From NCBI GenBank assembly GCA_965645245.1, contig OZ287077.1, positions 1 to 64,000 of the forward strand: a DNA stretch of 64,000 nt, in the 5' to 3' direction. The translations under genes were made by a program, and so were the position numbers. The notes under the pieces were generated by a model. That model ran no database searches. It had not been told where the DNA came from and worked only from the letters and a program-made list of their open reading frames with translations. This stretch comes from Massalongia carnosa. Lineage: Eukaryota. Below are positions 1 to 12,152 of this stretch, piece after piece. Positions within the stretch are counted from its first letter, which is position 1. The number at the start of each line of letters is the position of its first letter.

Positions 1-263
1 ACTCCGTACAACTTCTTGTGAATAGGAATAACATTGATTGGTCAAAAGTTTAAGGTTTAGCGCTTTCTAACCAACAATGGTTTAGCTTGGGGGGGGGTGC
101 TAGAATGACAGCGAGAGGGATAGGCGGTTATTCGTAAACGATATCCCTCTCGCTGTCATTCTAGCACCCCCCCCCAAGCTAAACCATTGTTGGTTAGAAA
201 GCGCTAAACCTTAAACTTTTGACCAATCAATGTTATTCCTATTCACAAGAAGTTGTACGGAGT
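1..263. repeat. Perfect palindrome (arms 1-122 and 142-263, 19-nt spacer) made of two piggyBac 3' ends tail-to-tail; left arm runs off the window start
   Basis: 1-122 is the exact reverse complement of 142-263; spacer GGCGGTTATTCGTAAACGA. Confidence 0.95.
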
Positions 264-2310
264 ATCAGATACCTATTTACTCGTCCCCTATCATATGAAT
301 AGCTTCCCAACAGCTGGCTTTCTTACAGCAGGGCCTGATTGGATTACATCCTCCACAAGCCCATATAGTCTGAGCACCCCTTCGCCTTCTTTTACGCCCA
401 TCGACACTTATTTCAGCCAGTGGCTCTCCCTTCCGCTTTGAAGGTCGTTTTTTCTCGGCGTTACATTGCACACATCTTTTTCTGCCTTCAAGACGAACGT
501 AATGATGAATGGGAGATGGTACTAAAGCATCAATCGTGGTATTGATGCTTATCTTTGATGAGCCGGGCCTGATGCCCGCTTGATTTGATATCAGTTCAAG
601 AGCAATCCGACGAAGAAATTCAGAACGAGTAAATTTTATCTCCTCGGAATCGAAAGAGTTCAGCGAGTAAAGTTTATAGGCATTCAATCCGGCTGCATCT
701 AAAATAAAAATGAACAAAGGCCACCAGTAACGATCCGTTCGACGATTGTATGAGTAAATCGCTCGCTGCTGAGCGTTTCCATCCGATCCCCCCATATGAA
801 GATTATATTCTTTGATTGGGGCTGGTATCGGTAATCCTAAGGGCCGTTGAACCTCTTGATTGAGCAAGGGAATGGAGTGAGCCAGAGTTGATGGGAAATA
901 CGATACAATAGGTTGAAGAGAGGTCTCGGGAATTCCATATCTCTTGTGCGGATTTATATAGTGCATTTCGTACAAGTCCTGAGGAGAATGACCGGTGGTC
1001 ATGTACTGCACACCATTATTATCCACCCAGCCCATACAAAGCACCTTATCGTCGACCACCATATGGGCCTGAAGACCCCAGTCTTTTCCTTTTGAAGTGA
1101 CGTCCCGTATGGCCAACAATTCTTCTGGAAAGCCCGAGCCCTTTTTAGCAGTTCCACTGGCAGCTATTCCGATTGATCGAAGTGCCTTGAATAATTTCGT
1201 ACTAGTAAAGAAATTATCACAGAAAAGATGATAATTCAGTGAGGATGGAAGTTCTTTACATAACTGAATCACTACAAAGCACTAGGAGTTAGTTTATCTT
1301 TTGGCAAAAATCCCAATTGTCTGACTGTTTTCAATTCACTTATTCTGCTACTCTTCGAGGCAAACATAAATGACAACAGATAATTATCCTGACAGAGACT
1401 GTAGATTTTAAATCCTTTATGGGCACTTTTTGTAGTAATCTGCAAGGTATGTCGAGAACGGCCCTTGAATAACACCAGCTGTTCATCTATAGATATCATA
1501 CTTCCTGGTCTGCAATGTTTCAATGAAGTCTTTCGGAAATCAGTAGCCAACGGTTCCAGTTTCTTCCACCAATCAGGTCCTTGACCAAGTCCGATAGGCT
1601 CAGTCTGTCCATTATTGATTTTCAAAAATCGTTTGATTTGTTGAAATCGACCAAGCGACATCGCGGACAGAATAGGCATGATAACTGGTTTGTCAGGACG
1701 TTGATTCCAATAATCCTCTGTAGCAGGTAGATGATCGAGTCCCATAAGAATTAATATGCCCAAAAAAACCTCAATTTCCGAGTCAGTAGTGTCAGTCCAA
1801 ACCCGATGATTGTTCTCCTTCTCCTTTTCCATGTAGTTATTTGCCTTGATATTGGTATGATTTGCGATGATACGACAATGCTGCCTTGTTATAAATAACC
1901 GAAATAATCCCAAAGGATTTCGAGAATCGTTTTCAACGAGCGGAACAAAAGGCCTGTTTTCAACCCGAATGGGGGTATATTTTGAGGAAATAGGGGGAAG
2001 GTCGATTAAAATATCCCGAACACTTCTTTTGCGATTTATTTTATGTTGCTTCGCTGAAATGGGAGATTTGTCTGATACACTCGGGATTTCTTCTTCATTG
2101 AGCGTCATACTTATAATATCAATTCCGAAGCTAGAAGAATAGTAATTTATGTGATTTATTTTGATTGAATGACCGAATAGTATTCTTTGAAAAGTAAACA
2201 AACGCGCAAACACTCTAGAGAAAACTAATGTTCTGATGACTCATCGGTGCGGAAGCTAGTCCAATATAGATTAGCTTGGGAGGGGGGTGCTAGAATGACA
2301 GCGAGAGGGA
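144..2310 (-). mobile_element. piggyBac-superfamily DNA transposon with ~39-bp TIRs
   Basis: TIR TCCCTCTCGCTGTCATTCTAGCACCCCCC..AAGCTAA at 144-182, inverted at 2271-2310; TA on both outer sides (142-143, 2311-2312); encloses piggyBac transposase. Confidence 0.9.
277..2213 (-). pseudogene. piggyBac transposase (DDD + C-terminal Cys-rich domain), split by a single frameshift at ~1272; likely ATG at 2108
   Basis: Motifs MSLGRFQQIKRFL, ISIDEQLVLFKGR, LFCDNFFTS, YNLHMGGSD, RCVQC...CGGC..CC..C..H; ORFs 1272-2213 and 277-1272 abut at TAGTG. Confidence 0.88.
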
Positions 2311-2385
2311 TAACTGGCCGTTCAACCCCAAGAAGAGTAGTCCAATCCTTAAACCTAATCCTGCTTGTGCAGCGTCAGCTAAGAG

Positions 2386-2534
2386 TAACCCTAACCCTAA
2401 CCCTAACCCTAACCCTAACCCTAACCCTAACCCTAACCCTAACCCTAACCCTAACCCTAACCCTAACCCTAACCCTAACCCTAACCCTAACCCTAACCCT
2501 AACCCTAACCCTAACCCTAACCCTAACCCTAACC
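2386..2534 (+). repeat. Telomeric repeat tract (TAACCC)x~25, left-end orientation, interstitial in this window
   Basis: 149 bp of perfect TAACCC units. Confidence 0.98.
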
Positions 2535-4243
2535 ACGGTGAAATATGGAAGATCATAACATGCGGAACATTGGTTGTTCCGAAGGTGAAGGCATACTGGA
2601 GTTCATTGCGAAACTCTCTCGCACAGCGCGAGTCACCTGATACTCAACCCGCTTCTAGGGGAGTATTAGAGCGTCTTTTTGAGTTGTAACAGGTTGACGA
2701 GGTCGCTATCACTGTTCGGAAAAGGTTAGCTACCTTGAAAGACAGTGACGTGTCGGGGACACAGGAGGTGGCGCCCTCCAGCGAGCCATGGTCGGACTCG
2801 GACCACTGTCTATTCCATGAAGGAAAGGCCTACATCCCAGCCTCCTTACGAGGAGAAATTCTTGAGTTAAATCATAATGATCCGCTGGCAGGGCACTTCG
2901 GGAAAGACAAGACGATTGAGCTAGTGAGTAGAAAGTACTACTGGCCATCGATGAAGTCAGATATAGCACGCTATGTAGAGGGTTGCGACGTCTGCATAAG
3001 TAGCAAAGCTACGAGGCATAAGCCTTATGGAAACTTGCAGTCGTTGCCTATACCAACTCATAAGTGGAAGGACATTACGATGGACTTCGTCACTGGCTTA
3101 CCTAAGAGTAAGGACTGGAGGGGAGTTGATTATGACTCCATCCTAGTCGTCGTTGATAGGCTCACCAAGATGGTACACTATGAGGCAGTGAAGAAAACGC
3201 TGACTGCTGAACAGTTAGCTGAAGTGCTAAGGCACTGCGTGTTCAAGTATCACGGCCTACCTGACTCCATAGTCACCGATCGGGGCTCGCTATTTACATC
3301 AAACTTCTGGTCATCCCTATGCTATTACATGAAGATAAAGCGTAGGCTAAGCACAGCCTTCCATCCACAAACAGACGGTCAGACAGAACGTCAAAATAGT
3401 ACCATGGAAGCTTACCTTAGGTCTTACTACCGTTTCGAGCAAGATGACTGGGTGCAATGGCTCCCTACCGCTGAATTTGCATACAATAACACCCGTCATT
3501 CAAGCACCAAGCTCACCCCGTTCGAGGGTAATATAGGCTACCACCCAAGGATGAGTTATGAAGATAACCAAGACCCTCGATCGAAGTCGAAGACAGCTGA
3601 GGAACAGGCTAAAAATCTACGCGATTTGTTAGCAGAGTTGAAAAATAACCTGCAATTAGCCCAAGACAATCAAGCCAAATATCACAATAGAACGGTGAAA
3701 GAACGTTGCTACGCTCCCGATGATATGGTTTGGCTAAACAGCAAACATATTAAGACGAAAAGGAACAAGAAGCTTGAGCATAAGTTCTTGGGTCCCTTTA
3801 AGGTGTTGAGGCCTGTAGGCACTCAAGCTTACGAGCTAGAACTTCCGAAAAGTTGGAAAATACACCCAGTCTTTCATGTGTCTCTGCTGGAAAGAGACAC
3901 CACCAGAAGGGAGGTAGTAGACGAGCAAATGGCTGAACAGCTTGAATTCAAAGACTATGACATGCAAGAGTATGAAGTAGAGTGCATACGAGATAGTGCA
4001 GTCTATGCAAAAGAAGCAGAAGACGGACGACCGGCTGGATTATATTATCTAGTGCATTGGAAAGGTTATCCCGACGCGGAAGACACATGGGAGCCCGTCG
4101 CCGGCGTCAAACATCTACGAAAGCTATTGAGGGAATTTCATGAGAAAAATCCTACCAAGCCAACAGCTAAGTTCACCCCTCAGGCCACTAGGACTCCCTC
4201 ATTAGCGAAAGAAATAGGACGACGCACAAAGAGGACTAAATAA
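2535..4243 (+). pseudogene. Gypsy pol C-terminal part: integrase (HHCC, rve) + chromodomain; frame runs back to the telomere junction with one stop at ~2687
   Basis: HNDPLAGHFG..C..C, ITMDFVTGLP, IVTDRGSLF, HPQTDGQTERQN, GPF, YLVHWKGYPDAEDTWEP. Confidence 0.93.
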
Positions 4244-4823
4244 GGCCAGCACTCTTTTCCTACCACCTGCCCACGAAAAAAGGTTGGAGGTTTTTATTGA
4301 GGCTGCGCTAGGAGCTCAGCAATGTGTTGCAGTAACGTCATGCTCGATTCCATCCAGGCCAGTAGCTCTTTTCCTAGCACCTTCCCTAGAAGGGGGGTGG
4401 GAGGTTTTTAATGAGGCTGAGCCAGAGCATAAAGTTATGTTATCCTAATATCTTCCAAGCTCTTACAATTCCAACTCTTGCTAGCCTGCATTCAAGCGGC
4501 CATCGACGTTAAAGCCATCGGCACGATTAACCGCTTGCAATTACCACGCGATGATGGGCTGAACGCACGAACTACCTGGGATGAATTTCGCAGGAGCTCA
4601 TTACTAGAAGGGAGGTAATTGTAATAGCGCGGCAATACAGGACTGCGCTAGCTCCTGGGATGACTCACCCAAGAAGACCGGGTGACTGATAATCCGGATG
4701 CTTAGTCATGATAAGGCGGATAGCAATACTAAGCCATCAGCAATCAGCCTTACCAGTTTGTTAGGCAGCAACTGAAGCTATTCAGATAAGCCTCGATCTC
4801 ATGGGAGGCCTGGGACGCCTAGG

Positions 4824-4947
4824 AGACCTCAGCTGAAGGCAACAAGGCTATCTGCTAGACCTCAGCTGAAGGCAACAAGGTTATCTGCTAGACCTCAGCT
4901 GAAGGCAGCAAGGCTATCTACTAGACCTCAGCTGAAGGCAACAAGGC
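4824..4947 (+). repeat. 33-bp tandem repeat (~3.7 copies) within the gypsy LTR
   Basis: AGACCTCAGCTGAAGGCAACAAGGCTATCTGCT units starting at 4824, 4857, 4890, 4923. Confidence 0.92.
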
Positions 4948-5544
4948 AGACAGGTAACCAGACAAGTAGTTAGTAAATAGGACCCCAAGGGGTATATAGA
5001 AAGCTCGATTCCCATCTTCAGGGAATCAGCTTTTAGCTTTAGCACCTACCAATCTATTAGCAGTCACACTGAGCATTATAACCCATAAGGACTAGTTTCT
5101 ACTGTCCCTCTTATAAAATAACACGAAAAGCACCGTAAACCAAATTGAGTCCGCGCTAAATCTCTTATGGACGATTTCAAAGAAAATCTGATGCTTCGCA
5201 AAGAGACCTCCTCTCCCCACCGCAAACGGGTGAAAAAGCATGCACGTTTCGAGATATCGACTATGGTTGATGTAATTAGTAGGTCTGCAAAGTTTTACGA
5301 TATCAAACGATGAAATGCATGCTCGCAATGAGGTGCCTCTTTTTGGTCCTTTCCGTACAGCGTCCTCTCCGCATTATTTGATAACTCAGTACTGTTCCGC
5401 AAACCGCGTTCCCTTTTTCGGGTTAAACCTAACCGCATGAGGTTAGATCTAACCGAATGAGGTAGTGTTGCCTAAAGTAGCAGGGGAACTCATTCAGTAC
5501 TATATAGATCTCGTGATTTTTCTTTCTAGCAAGGCGATCGAAAG

Positions 5545-6405
5545 TTACTGCGCTGAATTTGCAAATATGTGACGAATTGCTGCAGGACATCTGAGTTGAG
5601 TTGATTGTCTAAACTGAGCTGGATATCTGAGTCTGATTGGGTTCCTGGATTGGACTGAGTGTCCGAACTGATTGGGGTCTGACACGTACATAGCTTTGTA
5701 ATCGTGGTCTGTTTTTCGGAGTTGTGCATCTCTGAATGGCGGTGAGTATTCGGCTTGGGCCATCTTCTTTTTGATATTCAAAGATGGAGAGCTCGGGTTG
5801 ACTGGTCTGCAGAGCTGTTTCTTCTGATTGCCATACCTTCTGACTTTCGGCAGGCATAAGGAACTCTTCTTCTTCGTGGTGGCTGATTGCACCATTACAG
5901 GTGAAGGACAGCAGTGTGCAAGGCAAAAGGGGGACGATAGTGACAAGGTGTTGTTGGAAAATTTTGTAATGACTCCGTGTCTGCGAAGCCATGGGCGGCC
6001 CAAAACAATGGGGTAATGTCTTAATCCTGTTACATAAAGAAAGAGCTTTTCTACATGCCTATTTAGGTCCATGGTAACTTCGGCGATGTGAGTTATATTG
6101 CCAGTCAATGCTGGCTGGCCATCGAAGCCGGAAAGTCGTCTAGGATATTTCAATTGGTGTAAGGGGAAGTTATGAAAACGCGCGAAATCTTGATCAATAA
6201 AGGAATATCCAGATGCACAACTGTCCACAAGAAGCAAAGCTTTTATTCTGTTTTGAAAACGACGTAATATACAAGAGATAACAATATGAATATCTCTAAA
6301 GTTCTCATCAGTTTCAAAAAGAGTAAGAGCAGACGCCGCTGAAAAAAGATTGCTAGACATGTGCGGCGGTGTAAACGATGTGGACAGCAGGCAAGAAGAA
6401 ACCAA
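5545..6405 (-). pseudogene. Gypsy aspartic protease region (frameshifted)
   Basis: ALLLVDSCASGYSFIDQDFA; IVLGRPWLRRH. Confidence 0.85.
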
Positions 6406-6994
6406 GAATCTGGTTGTCTCTGCGCGCGACTATGCGCAGAGACTAAGCTTTTTCTACCTCCTGGACCTTCGATATCTGTGACGTTGATATCGGCGTTGAT
6501 TGTGCATTTGATGATCCCTCATATAGGACAAGAGAGCGAACCGCGGTTGTCTTTCGATTCGGGCAGTCACCAATGGTACCCGGATGTGGTTGGATACCAA
6601 CCTACGGCGCTAGACATTATTATGGTCACGTGTATCAGTAGACCTATTCCGGTATGCGGCACGCATCCTGGACTAGGATGATTTTAGACCTTAGAAGTAG
6701 AGTCATAGAATCATTAATATAACATAACCTCATACTTCTACAGGTTATGAGCTTGGCCAGCGCATAAGCTCATTAATCTTCGCTAGCGACAGGCCACAAA
6801 TACCCCACACCCCCCAGAGCAAAGCACCTAGAACGAAGAACTTCCTACCCGAAAAGGAGGAATGGTGTGAGGCAGGAGGGTTAAGACCACTTGGCTACCA
6901 AAAAGAGCCAATTCTGAAATGGCGGTGTGGAATCAAGCCAATGCGCCTGACCACCTACCACAATAGATAGGAAGAGTGCTACGCCCACATACTG

Positions 6995-7285
6995 AAAGGA
7001 TACGAAGTAGAACGCTCATATACCAAAGGCTACGAGGCAAACGCTCACATACCAGACGGCTACGAGGCGAAGACGCTCATACGAAGCAGAACGCTCACAT
7101 ACCGAAGGCTACGAGGCGGAGAACTTGCTCATATACCAAAGGTTACGAAGCGAAGACGCTCACATACCAGACGGCTACGAGGCGAAGACGCTCATACGAA
7201 GCAGAACGCTCACATACCGAAGGCTACGAGGCGGAGAACTTGCTCATATACCAAAGTTTACGAAGCGAAGACGCTCGCATACCAC
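6995..7285 (+). repeat. Tandem repeats in Copia-A1 5' leader (~30-bp subunits, ~115-bp higher-order unit)
   Basis: ACGCTCACATACC(A/G)..GGCTACGAGGCG repeated; block at 7041 recurs at 7156. Confidence 0.85.
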
Positions 7286-7356
7286 AACAGCTACAAGGCA
7301 ACCCACCTTCCTACAACCCAAAGGCGTTGAGAAATCTTCGCCCAAAAAACCACAAA

Positions 7357-8313
7357 ATGTCAGACCGACGAGAAGAGCAGGAGAAGGCTCCCCGCATCAT
7401 TCTCCAAGGCTCCGAGAACTATAAATTATGGCGATCCTACATTCTGGGAGAGCTCAAGCAGAAGAACTGCGCCTGGGCAGTCACCGGAAAGCCAGAGCCA
7501 ACGAAGGAGTCCGTCAGATCGGACATCATAGCCATGGGCTTCAAACCCACCGAAATGACGGCCCAAGCACTCTGGACTGCCCTCTCCACCGAAATTAAAG
7601 AGCACCGAGCCTCCCTGAGCAAAGCGGAGGGCATCATCAAAAACTCGGTAGCCTCCAAACACCAAGCAGCTATCGAGGGCAAAGAAACCAAGGAAATGTG
7701 GGAAACCCTACAAACGAAATTTCAGCACATCTCTCCAATGAGCATCTCGCGACTCATCCTGGAGACCACCAAATTACGACTATCGGACTGCACAGACATT
7801 CACGAATATTGCAGCAAATACCAAGAGGCCTACGACACTGTGTGCGGCCTCATTCCCACAGATTCCGAGATCCCCGCAAAAGGAGCCGAGGTACTCCTGC
7901 AGGCAGGACTGCTCACTGGGATGGGAAACGAATACTCGGGGATCGTCTCTATGATGGAGACAGTGTGGAAAATGGGGAACACAAACATCGCCGAGAGCAC
8001 TAAAAAGCTTATCCGGTTTGCAGAAATCAGGAAAGAGAACGACCAAACTCCAGGACAATCCGGCACACCCAAACAATCGGCACTCTTCACCTCCAAACCA
8101 CCAAAGCCTAGTAATCGAGCACCCCCGGGGACCTGCACAAACCCAGATTGCATCAAGAAGGGAAATACACAGCACTACACAGACCGTTGTTTCCTGAGAT
8201 ACCCCGAACTTCGGCCAAAACACTCGCTGCACCAGATGAGAACAAAAGGCTCTAGGCAAAACCTCCAAAGCCAGACAGAGAGCCCATCCGAGACCCCGTC
8301 CCGCGAAAGTTGA
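7357..8313 (+). CDS. Copia-A1 gag
   Basis: ATG 7357; LQGSENYKLW, KEMWETLQTKF, C..C...H....C knuckle; ends TGA in frame with pol. Confidence 0.85.
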   Translation: MSDRREEQEKAPRIILQGSENYKLWRSYILGELKQKNCAWAVTGKPEPTKESVRSDIIAMGFKPTEMTAQALWTALSTEIKEHRASLSKAEGIIKNSVASKHQAAIEGKETKEMWETLQTKFQHISPMSISRLILETTKLRLSDCTDIHEYCSKYQEAYDTVCGLIPTDSEIPAKGAEVLLQAGLLTGMGNEYSGIVSMMETVWKMGNTNIAESTKKLIRFAEIRKENDQTPGQSGTPKQSALFTSKPPKPSNRAPPGTCTNPDCIKKGNTQHYTDRCFLRYPELRPKHSLHQMRTKGSRQNLQSQTESPSETPSRES

Positions 8314-11300
8314 CAACCAAATTTGCTAGCGGTCAAAGGGCCGAGAGACGCTTCCTGGCTGGTTGACAGCGCGGCGGACGTGCACGTGTGCAATGATCGA
8401 AGCTTGATGACTGAGTACCACGAAAAGCCTACCCGGATCGGAGGCTCAACTGCAGATAGGGTTTCACCAGGCCGTAGAAAGGTGCGCCTTCGCCTCAGCC
8501 TGAAAGACGGTCGCGAAGGAGTGATCCTGAACCTGAACAACGTGTTTTTCCTTCCCCACAGTCCTTCTAATCTTGTCAGCCTCGGCCTTCTTAACATTCA
8601 TGGAATTTTCTATGATAATGAGAACGAGACACTCTATGATAGAAGAACAAAAGAAACCCTGACTTACGCCGAAAGGTGGAGGACCAGCTTCCTTCTTCAC
8701 CCTCTCAACCTCTCTGTCTCTGCAACTCATCTAAAGCAGATCGACGACAACACGTACGAGTGGCCACCACACGCCTACAGGACCACCACCTCATCAAAAC
8801 TACCTCTCACCACCTGGCACAAACGACTCGGCCACCTCAACTTCCCCTCACTGAAGCAACATCTCCACAAACTGGAGATCGACTACGTGGACGACTCAGA
8901 AAAGTACGTGTGTGACAGCTGCCAACGTGCGAAAGCCACAAAAATCTACAACCGCCACGAGCCTCAGAAACGAGCAAGCGAGGCGTACCAGTTTATACAC
9001 ACATACCTAGTAGGTCCCATCAACCCTGTTGGTTTTGGAGGGGAGAGATACTTCTTCACATTTACGGATGACTTCACGCGATATACCGAAGTGTACACTG
9101 GTGCCCGGAAAAGCGATTGGTTCAAATGTCTCAAGACCTTCTACAACCTCTGCAAAACCAGGTCAAACAAGGAGAGAACAGTCGAACGCCTACGTTCAGA
9201 TTATGGATCAGAACTGCAGAGCAAAAGGGTAGAGGAATGGTTTGCGAAGAAGGGCATCACTTTTGAACCCTCAGCACCGTACTCTCAGGAACAAAACGGC
9301 GTGTCAGAACGAATGGGAAGAACCATCATGGATATGATAAGAGCGACAATCCTAGAGGGAAGCCTTGATGACGAGCTATGGCCTGAAATTGTTCTTGCGA
9401 TGACGTACGTCAAAAACGTTCGCCCCACGAAGGCTTTAGGTGGAGACAACCCCTACCATGCACAGCAGAAAATCCACCCAGATATCCAACACCTCCGAGT
9501 GTTAGGCTCGACAGTGTACGTTCTCCTACACGAAGAGGAACGAGCCTTAAAGTCTGAGAAGTGGAACCACGAGCCTTACGCGGTATTCTTGTTGGATACG
9601 ATGGTCATACAATCTACAGAGTCCACATCCGAGAACAGAACAAAGTCATTCGCATCAAAGATCTCAGAATCTTTGAAGACTACGAGGCCAAGACGTCCAC
9701 CGAGCTTCCTGAATACAAAAATACTCCCACCTTCTCAGGTTTCTTACTCTCCGATGACGATGACGAGGCGACGAGTGACACACAGATGTTGGATGTAGGC
9801 CGAAAGGTCAACAATGCAACAGGTGCCAGCGAGTCAACTCCCAGCAAAGTAACTCCTAGGAAGGGCCGAAAGGTCACTACTAGAGATGAAACTACTGGAG
9901 CGTCAAATGAAACTACGGAGACAAGGAATTCTCGGTCTGGCCGAACGATAAGGCCTACACAAAAGGCTCAAGATCAAGATCTGATAGTACATCTCAGCAA
10001 GCTGCTAGACCTTGACTGGGAACACAACTCGGAGGAAAAAGCAAACGCGTTCCTGACAAACATCGAATGCGAGGAGGACGGCCATGACGCAGACGACGAC
10101 CCATACACAATCTTGACTTCGAGGCTCATTCAGGCCAACGCCCAAAGTAAAGGAGACTACGTCCTTGCCACCCAATTAGATGTCGAAGAACCTGAGTCAT
10201 ACAACAGGGCAATGCAATGCCCCCACGCCTCGCAGTGGGCACAGGCAATGAAAGAAGAAATAGACTCTCTACACGAAAACAAGACCTGGGTTCTCATACC
10301 AAAGAACGAGATGGAGTCAGGTCATCGACCTCTGGGGGGGAAGTGGGTGTACAAGGTCAAGCGTGATGTCGAAGGCAAGGTATCTAGATTCAAAGCCAGA
10401 TGGGTTATCAAAGGGTACCTACAACAGTTTGGTGTTGATTTCGATCAAACCTACGCATCCGTGGTGAAGCCAATGGCCTTCAGAACCCTGTTCGCCCTTG
10501 CCGCCTTCTTCGACCTGGACATCGACCAGATGGACGTAAAAACGGCTTTTCTCTATGGCCTCATTGATCAACTGATATATATGGAGATTCCAAATGGAAC
10601 TGAGACAGAAGCCACAAAGAATATGGTTTGCAAACTGTTGAAAGCTATCTACGGCCTCAAACAATCTCCCCGCCTCTGGTACGAACGCTTTTCAGGCTTC
10701 CTCCTCGAGAAACTAGGCTTGAAACGCTTCCACGCAGACCACAGTTTATTCGTATCGGGTGCAGGGCTGAAAGGTCCCGTACTCAGCGTCTTCGTAGATG
10801 ACATCAAGATTATGGCGCCAAAGGACAGTGGGATAATCAAGCGAGTCAAAGCAGAACTCACAGCTGCATTCTCTATGTCAGATATGGGTCCCATCAGCTT
10901 TTACCTAGGACTGAGAATAGATCGGGATCGAAAGCAACGAATCACCAAACTGTCTCAACCGGCCTACATCGAAAAGGTGTTGGAGAGATTCCATCTCGAC
11001 AAAGCCAACCCCGTCAACACCCCGATGAAAGAATCTGTACCACTCTCCCAACGCGAGGAAGGAGAAGCCTCACCACCAGAGAAGGAGAGATACCAAGGAA
11101 TGACGGGGTCCATAATGTTCTCCATGGTAGAGACCAGACCAGATATTGCCTTCGCCACGTCCCTCGTAAGTCGCTTTGCCAAGAACCCGAGCCATCAGCA
11201 CACCGAAGCAGTCAAAACCATCCTCAAATACCTCAAGGGCTCGAAACATCGAGGCATAACCTATGGGGGAGATGAAGAACTGAAAATCGAAGGCTATTCG

Positions 11301-11843
11301 GACTCGGATTGGGCAGGTGACAAGGACAGCCGGAAGTCAACATCCGGTTTCATCTTTATGCTGAACGGGGGACCGATAAGCTGGTGCTCTAAAAGGCAAT
11401 TAACAGTTGCTCTCTCTTCCACAGAAGCGGAATACATCGCACTCACGCTGGCCGCCAAAGAAGCCACCTGGCTTCGTCTACTCCTCACAGAGCTTGGGGT
11501 GTTGGAAGCGGACCAACAGCATGCTGAGATCAAGGTCTCCAACTAGAACTCGTGCGTACAAGCGATCAACAGAGACCTCAACAGCCTCAAGCCCAGCGAT
11601 GGAGACCCCACTGTTTCACTTAAAGGTGACAACCAAGGATCTCTTGCTCTGGCAAACAACCCAGTATTCCATGCCAGGACCAAACACATCGATATCCAGC
11701 ACCATTACATCCGAGACGAGGTGGAGGCAAAGAGAATCGAGTTGACCTACGTGCCAACTGGGGAGATGATCGCCGACGGCCTGACGAAGGCCCTAACGCA
11801 CGCAAAGTTCCACACCTTTGTCGAACAGATGCAGATGACCTAG
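8314..11843 (+). pseudogene. Copia-A1 pol (protease, integrase, RT, RNase H); frameshift ~9568 and premature stop 11544-11546
   Basis: WLVDSAADVH, WHKRLGH, RLRSDYGSE, QNGVSER, FKARWV, QMDVKTAF, FVDD, YSDSDWAGD, KHIDIQHH; defects seen by comparison with Copia-A2. Confidence 0.95.
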
Positions 11844-12152
11844 AGCCAAATCAGCACAGCCACACTACCTGGAGCCACAACCTACCAATGAACCGATGCA
11901 ACCAACAGCTGCTGATTCTTCCAAAAAAAAACGAGATAAAAATCGATTCGTTAGCGTGGGCGATTCTTACGTAACTAGCGCATAGCTTGTGGGGGGGTGT
12001 TGGATACCAACCTATGGCGCTAGACATTATTATGGTCACGTGTATCAGTAGACCTATTCCGGTATGCGGCACGCATCCTGGACTAGGATGATTTTAGACC
12101 TTAGAAGTAGAGTCATAGAATCATTAATATAACATAACCTCATACTTCTACA

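Larger units (their letters stand above)
2535..5115 (+). mobile_element. 5'-truncated Ty3/gypsy chromovirus (integrase, chromodomain, PPT, 3' LTR from 4620; right end approximate)
   Basis: Integrase and chromodomain ORF; purine tract AGAAGGGAGG then TGTAATAG at 4620; TATATA ~4993. Confidence 0.85.
6588..12152 (+). mobile_element. Full-length Ty1/copia element (Copia-A1), 155-bp LTRs 6588-6742 and 11998-12152
   Basis: LTRs differ at 2 positions; TSD GATGT (6583-6587, 12153-12157); PBS GGTTATGAGC at 6743; G-rich PPT before 11998. Confidence 0.96.

Noticed and set aside
2247..2558. ORFs with poly-LT / poly-LG
   Set aside because: Translations of the telomere repeat
5116..5496. Possible small element with short repeats (CTAACCG.ATGAGGT x2)
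   Set aside because: No convincing TIR/LTR pair or TSD
6976..7356. Arg-rich N-terminal extension of Copia-A gag
   Set aside because: Open frame through leader tandem repeats from a GTG; ATG 7357 is the plausible start
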